Assembly (NCBI GenBank): GCA_035544015.1
Contig: DATKIP010000093.1
Location: 1,156 to 65,155, forward strand
Source: Candidatus Saccharimonadia bacterium
GTDB lineage: Bacteria; Patescibacteriota; Saccharimonadia; UBA4664
DNA length: 64,000 bases
Direction: 5' to 3'
Part shown: positions 17,312-27,389 of the stretch, one piece after another
Numbering within the stretch: the stretch's first letter is position 1
How the letters are laid out: each line of letters starts with the position of its first letter
Translations under genes and position numbers: made by a program
The notes under the pieces: generated by a model
Database searches by the model: none
Told to the model about the DNA's origin: nothing
What the model saw: only the letters and a program-made list of their open reading frames with translations

Positions 17312-17641
17312 ATGACAGATAAAAAAATCTCATCAGATCTGCTCCGCGGACACACCGACACTATCATCCTCAAGCTGTTGATGGGTGGCGACAAATATGG
17401 CTACGAAATCACCAAACTCGTGCACGAATATTCAAATCAACTCTATGAGCTGAAAGAGGCTACCATGTATTCAAGCCTCAAGCGCCTCGAAAATGACGCC
17501 CACATCACCTCCTACTGGGGCGATGAGACGCAAGGCGGCCGGCGAAAATACTACCGCATCACCGGCAGCGGCCACGAGCTCTACCAAGCCAACCGGCGAA
17601 ACTGGGATTATGCCAAACAAATTCTTGATAAGTTATTGTAA
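17312..17641 (+). CDS. PadR-family transcriptional regulator
   Basis: LLRGHTDTIIL...YGYEI...ATMYSSLKRLE...RRKYYRIT. Confidence 0.92.
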   Translation: MTDKKISSDLLRGHTDTIILKLLMGGDKYGYEITKLVHEYSNQLYELKEATMYSSLKRLENDAHITSYWGDETQGGRRKYYRITGSGHELYQANRRNWDYAKQILDKLL

Positions 17642-17650
17642 GAAGGAATC

Positions 17651-18439
17651 ATGATGAAAAAGAAACTACAAGAATTTTTAGACAAAGCCTTCGCACCGTA
17701 CGGTGAATTTCCGGCCCGAGCCGATGTGACGCACGAACTGCTCGCCAATCTCCAGGAGAAGTTTGATAACCTAAAAAGCCAAGGCAAGAGCGACGACGAA
17801 GCCTATCAGGCTACGGTTGACTCATTTGGCGATGTTGCCGAAATCATGGAGCATGTCCCGCACGACGAGGTAAAGCACCAGGCCGAGTCCAGCGTACATC
17901 GGGAATTCAAACACTCAGTATTGGTGCAGGCCGACCTCAGCAGCACCGAGTTGCCGGGAGCAGATTTTAGCGGCAGCGCCATCACAGAGGCCTCATTTGA
18001 TGGATCGAACCTGGCGGAAGCCAAGTTTAAAGGCACTGCCCTCAAAGGTGCATCCTTCGCCGGCGCCAACCTCACGCATGCCATGTTTAATGGCAGCGAT
18101 CTGCACAATGTGCGCTTTGACGGCGCCAACCTCGCGGGCACGCTACTCAAAGGCTCTGCCTTGCAGGGCGCGACCTTCGTAGGCGCCAATCTCACCAATA
18201 CCGATTTTACCCAGTCCGATGTCACCGGCGTCTCCTTCGATGGCCAGACCCTCGAAGGCGTGAGCTTCAATAGCGCCTCGCTCAAGAAAACCTCGTTCAA
18301 GAACGCCGTATTGCGCAATGTGTCATTCCATCACACGGCCGTGAAGCACGCCATTTTCGATGGAGCAACCATGGACAAAATTTCGTACGCTATCTTGAAA
18401 GGCGCCAAAGCCACATTAAATAACATCACGGTAATATAA
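17651..18439 (+). CDS. pentapeptide-repeat protein with N-terminal permease-prefix (HAAS-like) domain
   Basis: G.S.DEAY...V.SFGD N-terminus, many A(D/N)L/F pentapeptides. Confidence 0.88.
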   Translation: MMKKKLQEFLDKAFAPYGEFPARADVTHELLANLQEKFDNLKSQGKSDDEAYQATVDSFGDVAEIMEHVPHDEVKHQAESSVHREFKHSVLVQADLSSTELPGADFSGSAITEASFDGSNLAEAKFKGTALKGASFAGANLTHAMFNGSDLHNVRFDGANLAGTLLKGSALQGATFVGANLTNTDFTQSDVTGVSFDGQTLEGVSFNSASLKKTSFKNAVLRNVSFHHTAVKHAIFDGATMDKISYAILKGAKATLNNITVI

Positions 18440-18447
18440 GGATAAGT

Positions 18448-19395
18448 ATGGAAAAACGCCCCACAGCCATAACAGTCAATAACCTGCAAAAATCATATAA
18501 AAAAGTCATCGTACTGAGCGACGTTTCGTTCGTCGTCGAAAAGGGAACCATCTTTGCCCTGCTTGGCTCGAACGGCGCCGGCAAAACCACCACCATCAAT
18601 ATTCTCACGACCCTGCTGAATGCCGACGGCGGTACCGCCACAGTCAGCGGCCTTGATGTAGCCACCCAAGCCGATGAAGTCCGCAATCACATCAGCCTCA
18701 CTGGGCAATTTGCGGCCGTCGACGAAGTGCTCACCGCCAGAGAAAATTTAGTTCTCATCGGTGAACTCCGCCATGTCGACGATCCGGCTCAAACCGCCGC
18801 AGATTTGCTGAAGCAATTTGACCTCGTCGACGCGGCCGATCGCCGCAGCGCCACCTTCTCGGGCGGCATGCGCCGGCGGCTCGACATCGCCATGAGCCTC
18901 ATCGGCGACCCGTCGGTCATCTTCCTAGACGAGCCCACCACCGGACTCGACCCCCAGAGCCGCAACATGATGTGGGAGACCATAAAAACCCTAGCCAAGG
19001 GAGGCACCACCGTGTTCCTGACGACCCAATACCTTGAGGAGGCCGACCAGCTGGCGGACAAAATCGCCATTTTGAGCCAAGGCAAAATTGTCGCCGAAGG
19101 CACAGCTCAGGAGCTGAAAAAACTCCTGCCGCACGGCCACATCGAGCTCAGGTTTTCGAACCAGAAGCAGCACGACGCCGCCGCCAAGCTACTTGAGAGC
19201 TACGACCCAGCGCGAAACGACGATGCCCGCTCGCTTACGATTGCCACCGATGGCAGTGTGGCGCAGATCGCCCACCTCTTCAACCAGATTCAGGCCGCGC
19301 ACATCGACGTTGCCGAATTTTCCCAAAAGCTACCCACGCTCGATGACGCCTTTTTGAAAATCATTAATGAAAACGAAAACGAGGAGAAGAACTAA
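18448..19395 (+). CDS. ABC exporter ATP-binding protein (DrrA-like)
   Basis: GSNGAGKT, FSGGMRRRLD, FLDEPTTGLDP. Confidence 0.95.
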   Translation: MEKRPTAITVNNLQKSYKKVIVLSDVSFVVEKGTIFALLGSNGAGKTTTINILTTLLNADGGTATVSGLDVATQADEVRNHISLTGQFAAVDEVLTARENLVLIGELRHVDDPAQTAADLLKQFDLVDAADRRSATFSGGMRRRLDIAMSLIGDPSVIFLDEPTTGLDPQSRNMMWETIKTLAKGGTTVFLTTQYLEEADQLADKIAILSQGKIVAEGTAQELKKLLPHGHIELRFSNQKQHDAAAKLLESYDPARNDDARSLTIATDGSVAQIAHLFNQIQAAHIDVAEFSQKLPTLDDAFLKIINENENEEKN

Positions 19396-20150
19396 TGCAC
19401 GCCCTGCACGATACCCTGGTGATGGCTAAGCGCAGTCTGCGCCACACCATCCGCAGTCTTGATACCATCATCACTGTGGCCGCCACCCCGATCGTTTTGA
19501 TGCTGCTGTTTGTGTATGTGCTTGGCGGCTCGTTTGACACCGGTTCGGTTAAGTACATCAACTTTGTGACGCCAGGTATCATCATCCTGTGCGTCGTGAG
19601 TGGCATCGCCTATGCGGCGCTGCGGCTCAACAACGACATGACCAAAGGCATGATTAACCGCTTCCGGTGTATGCCGATCGCCCCGTCGTCCATCTTGGGC
19701 GGCCACGCCGTTTCATCTGTGCTGTCCAACCTCTTTTCGGTCGCGTTGGTGATGATTGTGGCGCTGCTCATTGGCTTCCGGTCCGGTGCCGGCCTCGCGC
19801 AGTGGCTGACATTTGGCGGCATCCTGCTACTCTTTACTGCCGCCACCACCTGGCTCGCGATTGTATTTGGCCTCCTTGCAAAAAGTGCTGAGGGCGCCGG
19901 AGCGTTTAGCTACATTCTGTTCACGATGATTTTCATCAGCTCGGCCTTCACCCCTACGGCCACCATGAACCCGGTAGTGCGCGCCTTTGCCGAGAACCAG
20001 CCCATGACACCCATCATCGAGACCATGCGCTCGCTCTTGGTGAATGGTACCGCCGGAAGCAGCGCCTGGATCGCCGTGGCGTGGTGCGCCGGCCTGCTGG
20101 TCGTTTCGTACTTCCTAGCGCTGCGCATCTACAAAACAAAGACCGTCTGA
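19395..20150 (+). CDS. ABC-2 type permease (DrrB-like)
   Basis: Six TM, YINFVTPGII, FAENQPMT. Confidence 0.92.
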   Translation: MHALHDTLVMAKRSLRHTIRSLDTIITVAATPIVLMLLFVYVLGGSFDTGSVKYINFVTPGIIILCVVSGIAYAALRLNNDMTKGMINRFRCMPIAPSSILGGHAVSSVLSNLFSVALVMIVALLIGFRSGAGLAQWLTFGGILLLFTAATTWLAIVFGLLAKSAEGAGAFSYILFTMIFISSAFTPTATMNPVVRAFAENQPMTPIIETMRSLLVNGTAGSSAWIAVAWCAGLLVVSYFLALRIYKTKTV

Positions 20151-20194
20151 AAATTTTCACCGGGTTGACATCTCCAAACTCCTAATGGTAAAAC

Positions 20195-20297
20195 CAAACT
20201 AGATAGTTGTGAGGTGGAGCCTAGTTTGAGTACTGCAGGTACCATGGTAGGTCTCAACGCTATCGAACAAAAACGGGCCCAAAAAGGCCCGTTTTTT
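20195..20297 (+). ncRNA. candidate small RNA between a promoter and a terminator
   Basis: TTGACA at 20165, TGG-TAAAAC at 20186; rod-like fold GATAG..CTATC; terminator CGGGCC-CAAAAA-GGCCCG-T6; no ORF. Confidence 0.45.
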
Positions 20298-20355
20298 GTA
20301 TCAAATTAGCGCTTCCCAGCGCCATCTCCAAGCCGCTTGTGCTAAACTTCATCCT

Positions 20356-22284
20356 ATGAGCACGCGTGTTAGCTGGGGGCATCTTGCTCCTGCTGGAAAG
20401 CCGCATCCCACCACCAAATGGAGCCTGCTCATGGTGCTGTTGGTGGTGGTTGTGCTTGGTGTACCCGCACGCGTGGCGGCGGCGCTACCCTCGGTGCAAA
20501 GCCCCACGGGCCCCCAGAGTGGGGGAGTGTTTATCGGCGCCTACACCTTTGGTACCTATATTTCGTGTTCCGGCGGCTTTAGTTTTTCCAGTTCCTACTC
20601 CAACTCACTCGACGGCACGCACAGCTTCGGCTTCTGGGGAGCGGCCGACGGCTCGCTGCTCGTGAGCATCGACGGCGGGGGACTGCAGCTCGTAACCTCG
20701 TGCGGCGATCCGCTCACGGGGCCCAACACCAATGTGGCCAACTACACCGTGAGCAAAAACACCGCCCCGCCACCCACCCCAACGCCGACCCCTACGCCCA
20801 CCCCGACCCCCGGCGCCACCCCCACGCCGACGCCGCCGGCCGGCGGCGGACCTGGCGGCGGCTCCAGCGCCGGGGGAGCGAGCAGCCCGGCCGCCACGCC
20901 CCACGGCGCCGGGGCTTCGGCTGCCGGTGCCGCGGCGTCGCCGGTAGCGGCCAGCGCGTCCGGAGCCGCCGCCTCGCCCGCCGCCGGCCCGGCCGCCGCA
21001 TCCGGCGCCAGCCCCGCCCCGAGGGCCGCCGGCCCGCCCGCCATCGTACCGGCGGCCCTGCGCGCCGGCATTCCGCAGCCCGATGCGCGTGTGCTGGCCT
21101 ATGCCAACCTGGGCTTCGGCGGGCTGTTGCTCCTGGGCCTTGGCGCGCTGTTGTTGCGCTCGCGGCGGGCCCGCGAGGCCGTCGAAGCCGTCTGGCGTCG
21201 CAGCGCGGTCCGGCTGGAGCCGTACGTCTTCCGGCTGCATCACCTCACCCGCGGACGGCTGCGAGCGGCCGCGCGCGACGAACCCAAGCCGCCGGGCTTG
21301 AGCGGCCATCATCACAGCGGCAAACTCATAGCCCATCACCACACCTCGTACCCGGCGCTGGCCTTTCTGTTGCTGGCGTGTGGCGTACTCACCGCTGCCG
21401 CCTCGGTGTCGACGCAAGCCGCCGATTCGCAGCTCTCGCTGACCGTGTTGGGCCCGCCGCCCTCCACGCCCGCCACCATCGACCAGCCCGTCGACGGCGA
21501 GCACGTCAGCATCAACACCCAAACCACGCGGGGGAGTTGCCCCGCCGGACTCCTGGTCGAAATCTACCGCAACACTACGTTTGCCGGTAGTACCTCGTGT
21601 GATACTGGCGGCCTCTACAATCTCGTCGTCACGCTCGTCCCCGGCGCCAACGACCTCGTGGCTCGCGATGTCGACGCGCTCAGCCAGTACGGCCCCGATT
21701 CCGCGCTCGTGACGGTCTACTACGACGCCCCCGCCCCCACGCCTAGTCCTACGCCCACGCCGACCCCTACGACCCCGGGCGCCGCTCCGGCGGGCTCCGA
21801 AACCCCCACCCCCAAGCCCACCGCCACCCCCAAGCCCGCCCCGGCGCCCTCTCCCGCGCCGCTGCTGCTCGAGAGCGATACACACTTCTTCCAGGCTGCC
21901 GGCCCCGAGGTGGCAATGAATTGGCAACTCAAGCTAAGCGGCGGGGTAGCGCCCTACCGCCTCACCTGGAGTTGGGGCGACGGCTCCCAAGAAACCACCA
22001 CAACCGCGGCCGCCGGCCTCGTTACGGGCACGCATCGATATGCGCAGGCCGGTACATACCACCCCACGGTACGCGTCGACGATGCCGCCGGCACCGAAGC
22101 CGTCATCACCATGCTGGCCCAGATCAACGGTACCGTTCCGTCCGGCATTCTCCGCCCATTTGAAGCCCCCGGCAACTTGGTGCTGGTGTGGCCCGGCCTG
22201 GCCGTCACGAGCATCCTCGTGATCAGTTTTTGGCTCGGCGAGCGACACCGGCTATCGGTCAGTCGTGCCTCTCTAGCGCCATAA
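20356..22284 (+). CDS. membrane-anchored surface protein with PT-rich linkers, Ig-like and PKD domains
   Basis: Signal peptide, (PT)n linkers, two internal TMs, WSWGDG..H.Y...GTY PKD motif, C-terminal TM. Confidence 0.75.
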   Translation: MSTRVSWGHLAPAGKPHPTTKWSLLMVLLVVVVLGVPARVAAALPSVQSPTGPQSGGVFIGAYTFGTYISCSGGFSFSSSYSNSLDGTHSFGFWGAADGSLLVSIDGGGLQLVTSCGDPLTGPNTNVANYTVSKNTAPPPTPTPTPTPTPTPGATPTPTPPAGGGPGGGSSAGGASSPAATPHGAGASAAGAAASPVAASASGAAASPAAGPAAASGASPAPRAAGPPAIVPAALRAGIPQPDARVLAYANLGFGGLLLLGLGALLLRSRRAREAVEAVWRRSAVRLEPYVFRLHHLTRGRLRAAARDEPKPPGLSGHHHSGKLIAHHHTSYPALAFLLLACGVLTAAASVSTQAADSQLSLTVLGPPPSTPATIDQPVDGEHVSINTQTTRGSCPAGLLVEIYRNTTFAGSTSCDTGGLYNLVVTLVPGANDLVARDVDALSQYGPDSALVTVYYDAPAPTPSPTPTPTPTTPGAAPAGSETPTPKPTATPKPAPAPSPAPLLLESDTHFFQAAGPEVAMNWQLKLSGGVAPYRLTWSWGDGSQETTTTAAAGLVTGTHRYAQAGTYHPTVRVDDAAGTEAVITMLAQINGTVPSGILRPFEAPGNLVLVWPGLAVTSILVISFWLGERHRLSVSRASLAP

Positions 22285-22341
22285 ATTTGACAAGCCCTCG
22301 CGTAATGGTTACGCTTAATCCAAAATAAAACCAAAACGACC

Positions 22342-23454
22342 GTGACAAAATCAAAACGCACCCGCCGCCATCATCAACGAGTTTTTCGCCGCCGCCTTCT
22401 CATCGTCGGTGCTTTTATCGTTGGGCTACTGTTGCTGCCTAATCTCGGGGCCCGCGCCGCCACCCTCACGAGTGCTTCGGTAGGTATCTCTGACCCCCGG
22501 CCCAGCGCCATCAGCGCTAGTTACACCTTTACGGCTTCGAGCGTCACCACCGGCGCGCCGGGCACCATTAAATGCATCAAAATGCTCTACTCCGACACCG
22601 CCGCCGGCAGCACCGTCCCTGCGGGCATGTCCACCAATGGCGGGGGCGTCACATTTGACACCGCCGGCTCCAATTACGTCCCCACCCCAGCGTCGTGGAC
22701 CCTAAACAAGCCCGCCAACGGCACCCTCACGCTCACCAACGCCACCGGTGAAACCCCCGCTTCGGCCGCTGCGCGTAAAATCATCATCAACGGCATCACC
22801 AACTCATCCGCCGCCGATACCAAATTCTGGCTCAAATTCAACACCTACAACAACACCGACTGCGCCTCAAGCCCCGTCGACAACACCACCGTTTTGTTCA
22901 TTCTCACCAACGCCTCCACCCTGTCGCTCACCGTTGACGACACGCTCAGCTTCACGGTCAACGCCGTCGGCGCCGCGGCGGCCTGCGACGGCGCCACTAC
23001 CACGGCGGCCTCCACCGCCACCACCATTCCCTTTGGCACCGTCACCGCCGCCAGCAACGGCGTGGTCTGCCAAGACCTCCAGGCTGCCACCAACGCCACC
23101 GGCGGCTACACCATTTACGCCCGCTATACCGCCCAGCCCACCAACTCGTTGGCCCAGACCATCGCCAGCCACACCGGCACCAACCCCGCCCCGACCGCCT
23201 TTAGCGCCGCCGGCACCGAGGCCTACGGCTACACCACGGGCGACGCCACGCTGGGCACCGGTACCGCCAATCGCTTCACGAGCCCCACCCAAGAATGGGC
23301 CGGCCTCACCACCACCAACGCCGAGCTCGCCTACGAGCCCGCCGGCGTCACCGCCAGCACCTACCGCATCGGCCACCAAGTCGGCGTCTCTAGCACCACC
23401 CGCCCCGGCACCTACACCACCACCGTCATCTACACCTGTACGCCGACGTATTAG
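22342..23454 (+). CDS. secreted fimbrial/WxL-like subunit, paralog 1
   Basis: Signal peptide (ARA), SDPRPS, 6 Cys, C-terminal GTYTTTVIYTCTPTY. Confidence 0.75.
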   Translation: MTKSKRTRRHHQRVFRRRLLIVGAFIVGLLLLPNLGARAATLTSASVGISDPRPSAISASYTFTASSVTTGAPGTIKCIKMLYSDTAAGSTVPAGMSTNGGGVTFDTAGSNYVPTPASWTLNKPANGTLTLTNATGETPASAAARKIIINGITNSSAADTKFWLKFNTYNNTDCASSPVDNTTVLFILTNASTLSLTVDDTLSFTVNAVGAAAACDGATTTAASTATTIPFGTVTAASNGVVCQDLQAATNATGGYTIYARYTAQPTNSLAQTIASHTGTNPAPTAFSAAGTEAYGYTTGDATLGTGTANRFTSPTQEWAGLTTTNAELAYEPAGVTASTYRIGHQVGVSSTTRPGTYTTTVIYTCTPTY

Positions 23455-23455
23455 C

Positions 23456-23968
23456 ATGGCGCTGACTCCCACGCCAAGAACCCCCAAGTTTGAACTAGAG
23501 AGCTACATAACAGATGATTCATCACAGTACATGGAAACCTACTGCGTTAAGCCTGAAAACCTTAACGAAACCGAACTCACTTGGTACTGCTTCTTAGGCG
23601 ACATCCGCCTCAAAGACAACTTAGTTGATCTCTCCACGCGCCGGGAAGGGCTGCCGCTCTTGAACTTTGCCTTAGCCATGACTGAAATTGCAGAAGACCT
23701 TCGAAGTCATGCCAAAGCTACATATAACTTTACCGAGAACGCTGAGGAGATTAATTTTAGTAAAAACGGAAGCATGATCCAGATAACAGCAACTTACACG
23801 CATGGAACGGTTGAAGTTCCTCACCCGGAGTTCAGCAAGGCAGCAGATAAGTGTCTCTTAGATACTTACTCAGGCCTGACCGCGCGGTACCCAGGCCTAA
23901 AAAAGAACAATTTACTATCGCATATGTACAACCTAAAGCGCCTGAGCATCGAAGAGGAGAATTCGTAA
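23456..23968 (+). CDS. hypothetical protein, lower GC (orphan immunity-like)
   Basis: 170-aa ORF with composition distinct from flanks; FLGDI...LPLLNFA...FTE...I.F pattern. Confidence 0.6.
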   Translation: MALTPTPRTPKFELESYITDDSSQYMETYCVKPENLNETELTWYCFLGDIRLKDNLVDLSTRREGLPLLNFALAMTEIAEDLRSHAKATYNFTENAEEINFSKNGSMIQITATYTHGTVEVPHPEFSKAADKCLLDTYSGLTARYPGLKKNNLLSHMYNLKRLSIEEENS

Positions 23969-24054
23969 GGCGAGAACGCTGGCAACCACTTTTCCCCTTG
24001 TACAAAGCATAACCACTATGAGACACTACCACCAACTCTGAAGGGAGTGTGTGA

Positions 24055-25191
24055 GTGAATCGTTTTCAACGAGCGGCTGCGGCGCTGGGTTTGCGCCTGC
24101 CGAAGCCGCCAAACCAGCCATTGCGCTATGTCGTAACTCTGGCCTTGTTGGCCTCGGTGCTCCAATCGGGCACCGCCATCGCGGCCGGCAGCCTCAGCAG
24201 CGCTTCGGTGGCGCTGAGCGACCCGCGGCCGAGCGCCACGAGCAGCTACACCTTCACCGGCTCATCGGTCGACGGCGCCACGGCCGTGAAATGCGTGAAG
24301 GCCGTGTGGGCCACGACCGCGGCAGGCGACACTGCGCCCACAGGCTTTAGCGGCACCGCCGGCACGGTCGCCGCCGCATCGTCCACGCTCATCAACTCGT
24401 CCGCCACCGGCTGGAGCCTGGCCCGCAGCGACGGCACCAGCTCCAGCGGCCAAAACAATGTCTTCCAATACACCAATGCCACCGGCGTCACGCCATCGAC
24501 CACTACCGGCGCCACCTTCGTGCTAGCCGGCCTCGTTAATAGCTCGCTTGGCGACACCACCTACTACCTCCAGCTGCGCACCTTTGCTAATGCCGACTGC
24601 GCTTCAAGCCCGATCGACAACGCCACCATCCCGTTCATCAACACCGCCGGCTCCACCGTGTCTCTATCAGTCGACCAATCGCTCACGTTCACCGTCGACG
24701 CCGTTACCGCCAGCACGTCGTGCGACGGCACCACCACCACGCAGGGCTCCACTGCCACCACCATTCCGTTCGGTACCATCACTTCCTCGAGCAACGGCGT
24801 GGTCTGCCAAGACCTCCAGGCCGCCACCAACGCCGCCGGTGGTTACACCATTTACGCCCGCTACACCGCCGCCCCCACCAACGCGCTCGCCCAAACCATC
24901 GCCGACCACGCCGCCACCAACGCCAGCCCCACCACCTTTAGCGTCCCCGGCACCGAGGCCTACGGCTACACCTCGAGCGACAGCAGCCTCGGCACCGGTA
25001 CCGCCGCCCGCTTCACCACTGGCGGCCAAAAGTGGGCGGCCATGACCACCACCAACGCCGAGCTCGCTTACGAGTCCGTCGGCGTCGCCACTACTACGTA
25101 TCATATCGGCCATCAGGTGGGTATCTCGGGCACCACCTTTCCGGGCACCTACACCACCACCATTATTTACACCTGCGTGCCGGTTTACTAG
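24055..25191 (+). CDS. secreted fimbrial/WxL-like subunit, paralog 2
   Basis: Same architecture; C-terminal GTYTTTIIYTCVPVY. Confidence 0.75.
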   Translation: MNRFQRAAAALGLRLPKPPNQPLRYVVTLALLASVLQSGTAIAAGSLSSASVALSDPRPSATSSYTFTGSSVDGATAVKCVKAVWATTAAGDTAPTGFSGTAGTVAAASSTLINSSATGWSLARSDGTSSSGQNNVFQYTNATGVTPSTTTGATFVLAGLVNSSLGDTTYYLQLRTFANADCASSPIDNATIPFINTAGSTVSLSVDQSLTFTVDAVTASTSCDGTTTTQGSTATTIPFGTITSSSNGVVCQDLQAATNAAGGYTIYARYTAAPTNALAQTIADHAATNASPTTFSVPGTEAYGYTSSDSSLGTGTAARFTTGGQKWAAMTTTNAELAYESVGVATTTYHIGHQVGISGTTFPGTYTTTIIYTCVPVY

Positions 25192-25289
25192 CAGAATCGC
25201 TTGGCAAACATAAGAAGTTTGACACCCGTTGTGCAAACTGCTACGCTCGACATTAAGAACTCATTAAAAAGCTGTGGAGAAAAACAAGA

Positions 25290-26414
25290 GTGAAAAGCCG
25301 CATCATCCGAGCGGCGGCCGCGTTGGGAGTACGCGGACCGCGAAATATCAAAGCTAAGCTGTCAAAATTTGCAGCTGTCCTGATTGCCCTCATGGGGCTG
25401 AGCCTCAACGCTGGCGTCGCCAACGCCGCGACGCTGTCGAGCGCCAAAGTCGCCTTGAGCGATCCACGCCCCAGCACCACCGCGGTCAACTACACGTTTA
25501 CCGGTTCCACAGTCACCACCTCGCTCATTAAATGCATCAAGCTGGTATTTGCCACCACCGCGACCGGTTCCACTGTGCCTACCAACTTCGATTCCAGCGT
25601 TGGCGCCGTGGCTCTCAACAATGCCGGTACCAACTACGTACCAACTCCAGCTTCGTGGAGCTTGAGCAAAGTCACCAATGGTACGCTCCTGCTCACCAAC
25701 GCCACCGGTGAAACCCCCGCCTCGGCCAGCGCTCGCACCATTTCGTACGACGGCATCACCAACTCGTCCGTCGCCGACACCGCCTACTATCTGCGGGTGA
25801 GCACCTTCAACAACATCGACTGCGCCACCAGCCCGGTGGATAACGGCTCAGTTCAGTTCATCAACACCAACGGTTCCACGCTCTCGCTCACCGTCGACAA
25901 CACCCTGAGCTTCACCGTCAACGCCGTAGCCGGCAGCCAGGGCTGCGACGGCACCACTACGACGCAGGCCTCCACCGCCACCACCATTCCCTTCGGCACC
26001 ATCACCTCCGGCGCCAACGGCATCGTCTGCCAAGACCTCACCGCCGCCACCAACGCCACCAATGGGTATACCATTTACGGCCGCTACACCGCCAAGCCCA
26101 CTAATGCCCTGAGCCAGACCATCGCCGACTTCACCGGCTCCAACACCACCCCGACCACCTTTAGCGCCGCCGGCACCGAGGCCTACGGCTACACCACCAA
26201 CGACTCCACGCTGGGCACCGGCTCGGCCAACCGCTTCACCAACGGCGGCCAAAAGTGGGCCGCCATGACAAGCACCAACGCTGAGCTCGCCTACGAAGCC
26301 GCCGGCATCACGAGCACCACCTACCGCATCGGGCACCAGGCGGGCGTGAGTCTCACGACCTTCCCAGGAACCTACACCACCACCGTCATCTACACTTGCA
26401 CTCCGATCTATTAG
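25290..26414 (+). CDS. secreted fimbrial/WxL-like subunit, paralog 3
   Basis: Same architecture; C-terminal GTYTTTVIYTCTPIY. Confidence 0.75.
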   Translation: MKSRIIRAAAALGVRGPRNIKAKLSKFAAVLIALMGLSLNAGVANAATLSSAKVALSDPRPSTTAVNYTFTGSTVTTSLIKCIKLVFATTATGSTVPTNFDSSVGAVALNNAGTNYVPTPASWSLSKVTNGTLLLTNATGETPASASARTISYDGITNSSVADTAYYLRVSTFNNIDCATSPVDNGSVQFINTNGSTLSLTVDNTLSFTVNAVAGSQGCDGTTTTQASTATTIPFGTITSGANGIVCQDLTAATNATNGYTIYGRYTAKPTNALSQTIADFTGSNTTPTTFSAAGTEAYGYTTNDSTLGTGSANRFTNGGQKWAAMTSTNAELAYEAAGITSTTYRIGHQAGVSLTTFPGTYTTTVIYTCTPIY

Positions 26415-26432
26415 ATCGTAAGCTAAGGCTCT

Positions 26433-27389
26433 ATGAAGGCTGTTTCCTTACTCCGCCGAACCCTCCTTACTCTCACCGCCGGCGCCGCAGGAGCAGCCTT
26501 CGCCGTGTCGGCACCGGCCCATGCCGCCACGTCGCAGAGCTACCAAATCTCACCGCCCACTGCCAATTACACCGGCAACAAGGGCGGCATCCAGAGCGGC
26601 ACCATCAAAGTCACCAACCTCACCGGCGCGCCGCTCTCGGTGCGCACTGGCAAAGAAAATTTTGTCGCTAAAGGCGAAGAGGGCGAGATCGAACTCGTTG
26701 ACGCCGCCGACCCGCTCTACTCGCTAGCGCCGTGGTTTTCGCTCAACGCCGCGCAGCTCGATATCCCCGCGCTGGGCACCAAAGAGCTCCATTACACTAT
26801 CGCCATCCCCACCGATGCCGAGCCGGGTGGCCGCTACGGCTCTATCGTGTTTAGCACCATTCCGCCCAAGCTCGCCAGCGGCGAATCCGGCGCCGCGGTG
26901 CAGCAGACGATCGCCGGCATCGTGTTTATGCGCATCGACGGCCAGGCCAACGAACAGCTCGAGGTAGCCTCATTTGGCGCCGAAAAGAGCTTTTACGACT
27001 ACGGGCCGGTCAAATTCCTCACTCGCATAAAAAATACCGGTACGGTTCATGAAAAAGCCACTGGCACCATCACCATCAAAAATATGCTTGGATTCAAAGT
27101 CGCCACCATTCCCCTCGACGAACACTTTGTGATCCCGGGTGCCATCCGCCGGCTGCACAATGACTGGCCTACCGGAGGTCAACACCCATTCCTGTTTGGC
27201 CGCTATACCGCCACGCTCGACGCCAAATACGGCAACGGCCAGACGCTTACCGCCTCCGCCAGCTTCACGGTGGTTCCATGGAAGCTTGTCGCTCTCATCG
27301 TGGTCGGATTGCTCGCAGTCATCGTGATCTTCTGGCGCGGCCGCCCGCGCTTCGCCCGCGCCTTCCGTATCCTAGCCGGCCGCGAATAG
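26433..27389 (+). CDS. DUF916/DUF3324-like (WxL-interacting, chaperone-like) membrane-anchored protein
   Basis: QISPP...IKVTN...W...PTDAEPGGRYGSIVF; second domain NTGTVH...GRYTA; C-terminal TM + basic tail. Confidence 0.75.
   Translation: MKAVSLLRRTLLTLTAGAAGAAFAVSAPAHAATSQSYQISPPTANYTGNKGGIQSGTIKVTNLTGAPLSVRTGKENFVAKGEEGEIELVDAADPLYSLAPWFSLNAAQLDIPALGTKELHYTIAIPTDAEPGGRYGSIVFSTIPPKLASGESGAAVQQTIAGIVFMRIDGQANEQLEVASFGAEKSFYDYGPVKFLTRIKNTGTVHEKATGTITIKNMLGFKVATIPLDEHFVIPGAIRRLHNDWPTGGQHPFLFGRYTATLDAKYGNGQTLTASASFTVVPWKLVALIVVGLLAVIVIFWRGRPRFARAFRILAGRE

Noticed and set aside
22748-23455. Long Pro-rich N-terminal extension of the 406-aa ORF
   Set aside because: Alternative-frame read-through of a GC-rich subunit gene; the real start is probably ATG 23456.
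22342-26414. Diversity-generating retroelement acting on the repeated subunit 3' ends
   Set aside because: No reverse transcriptase in the window, the differences are not adenine-specific, and all copies are full genes.
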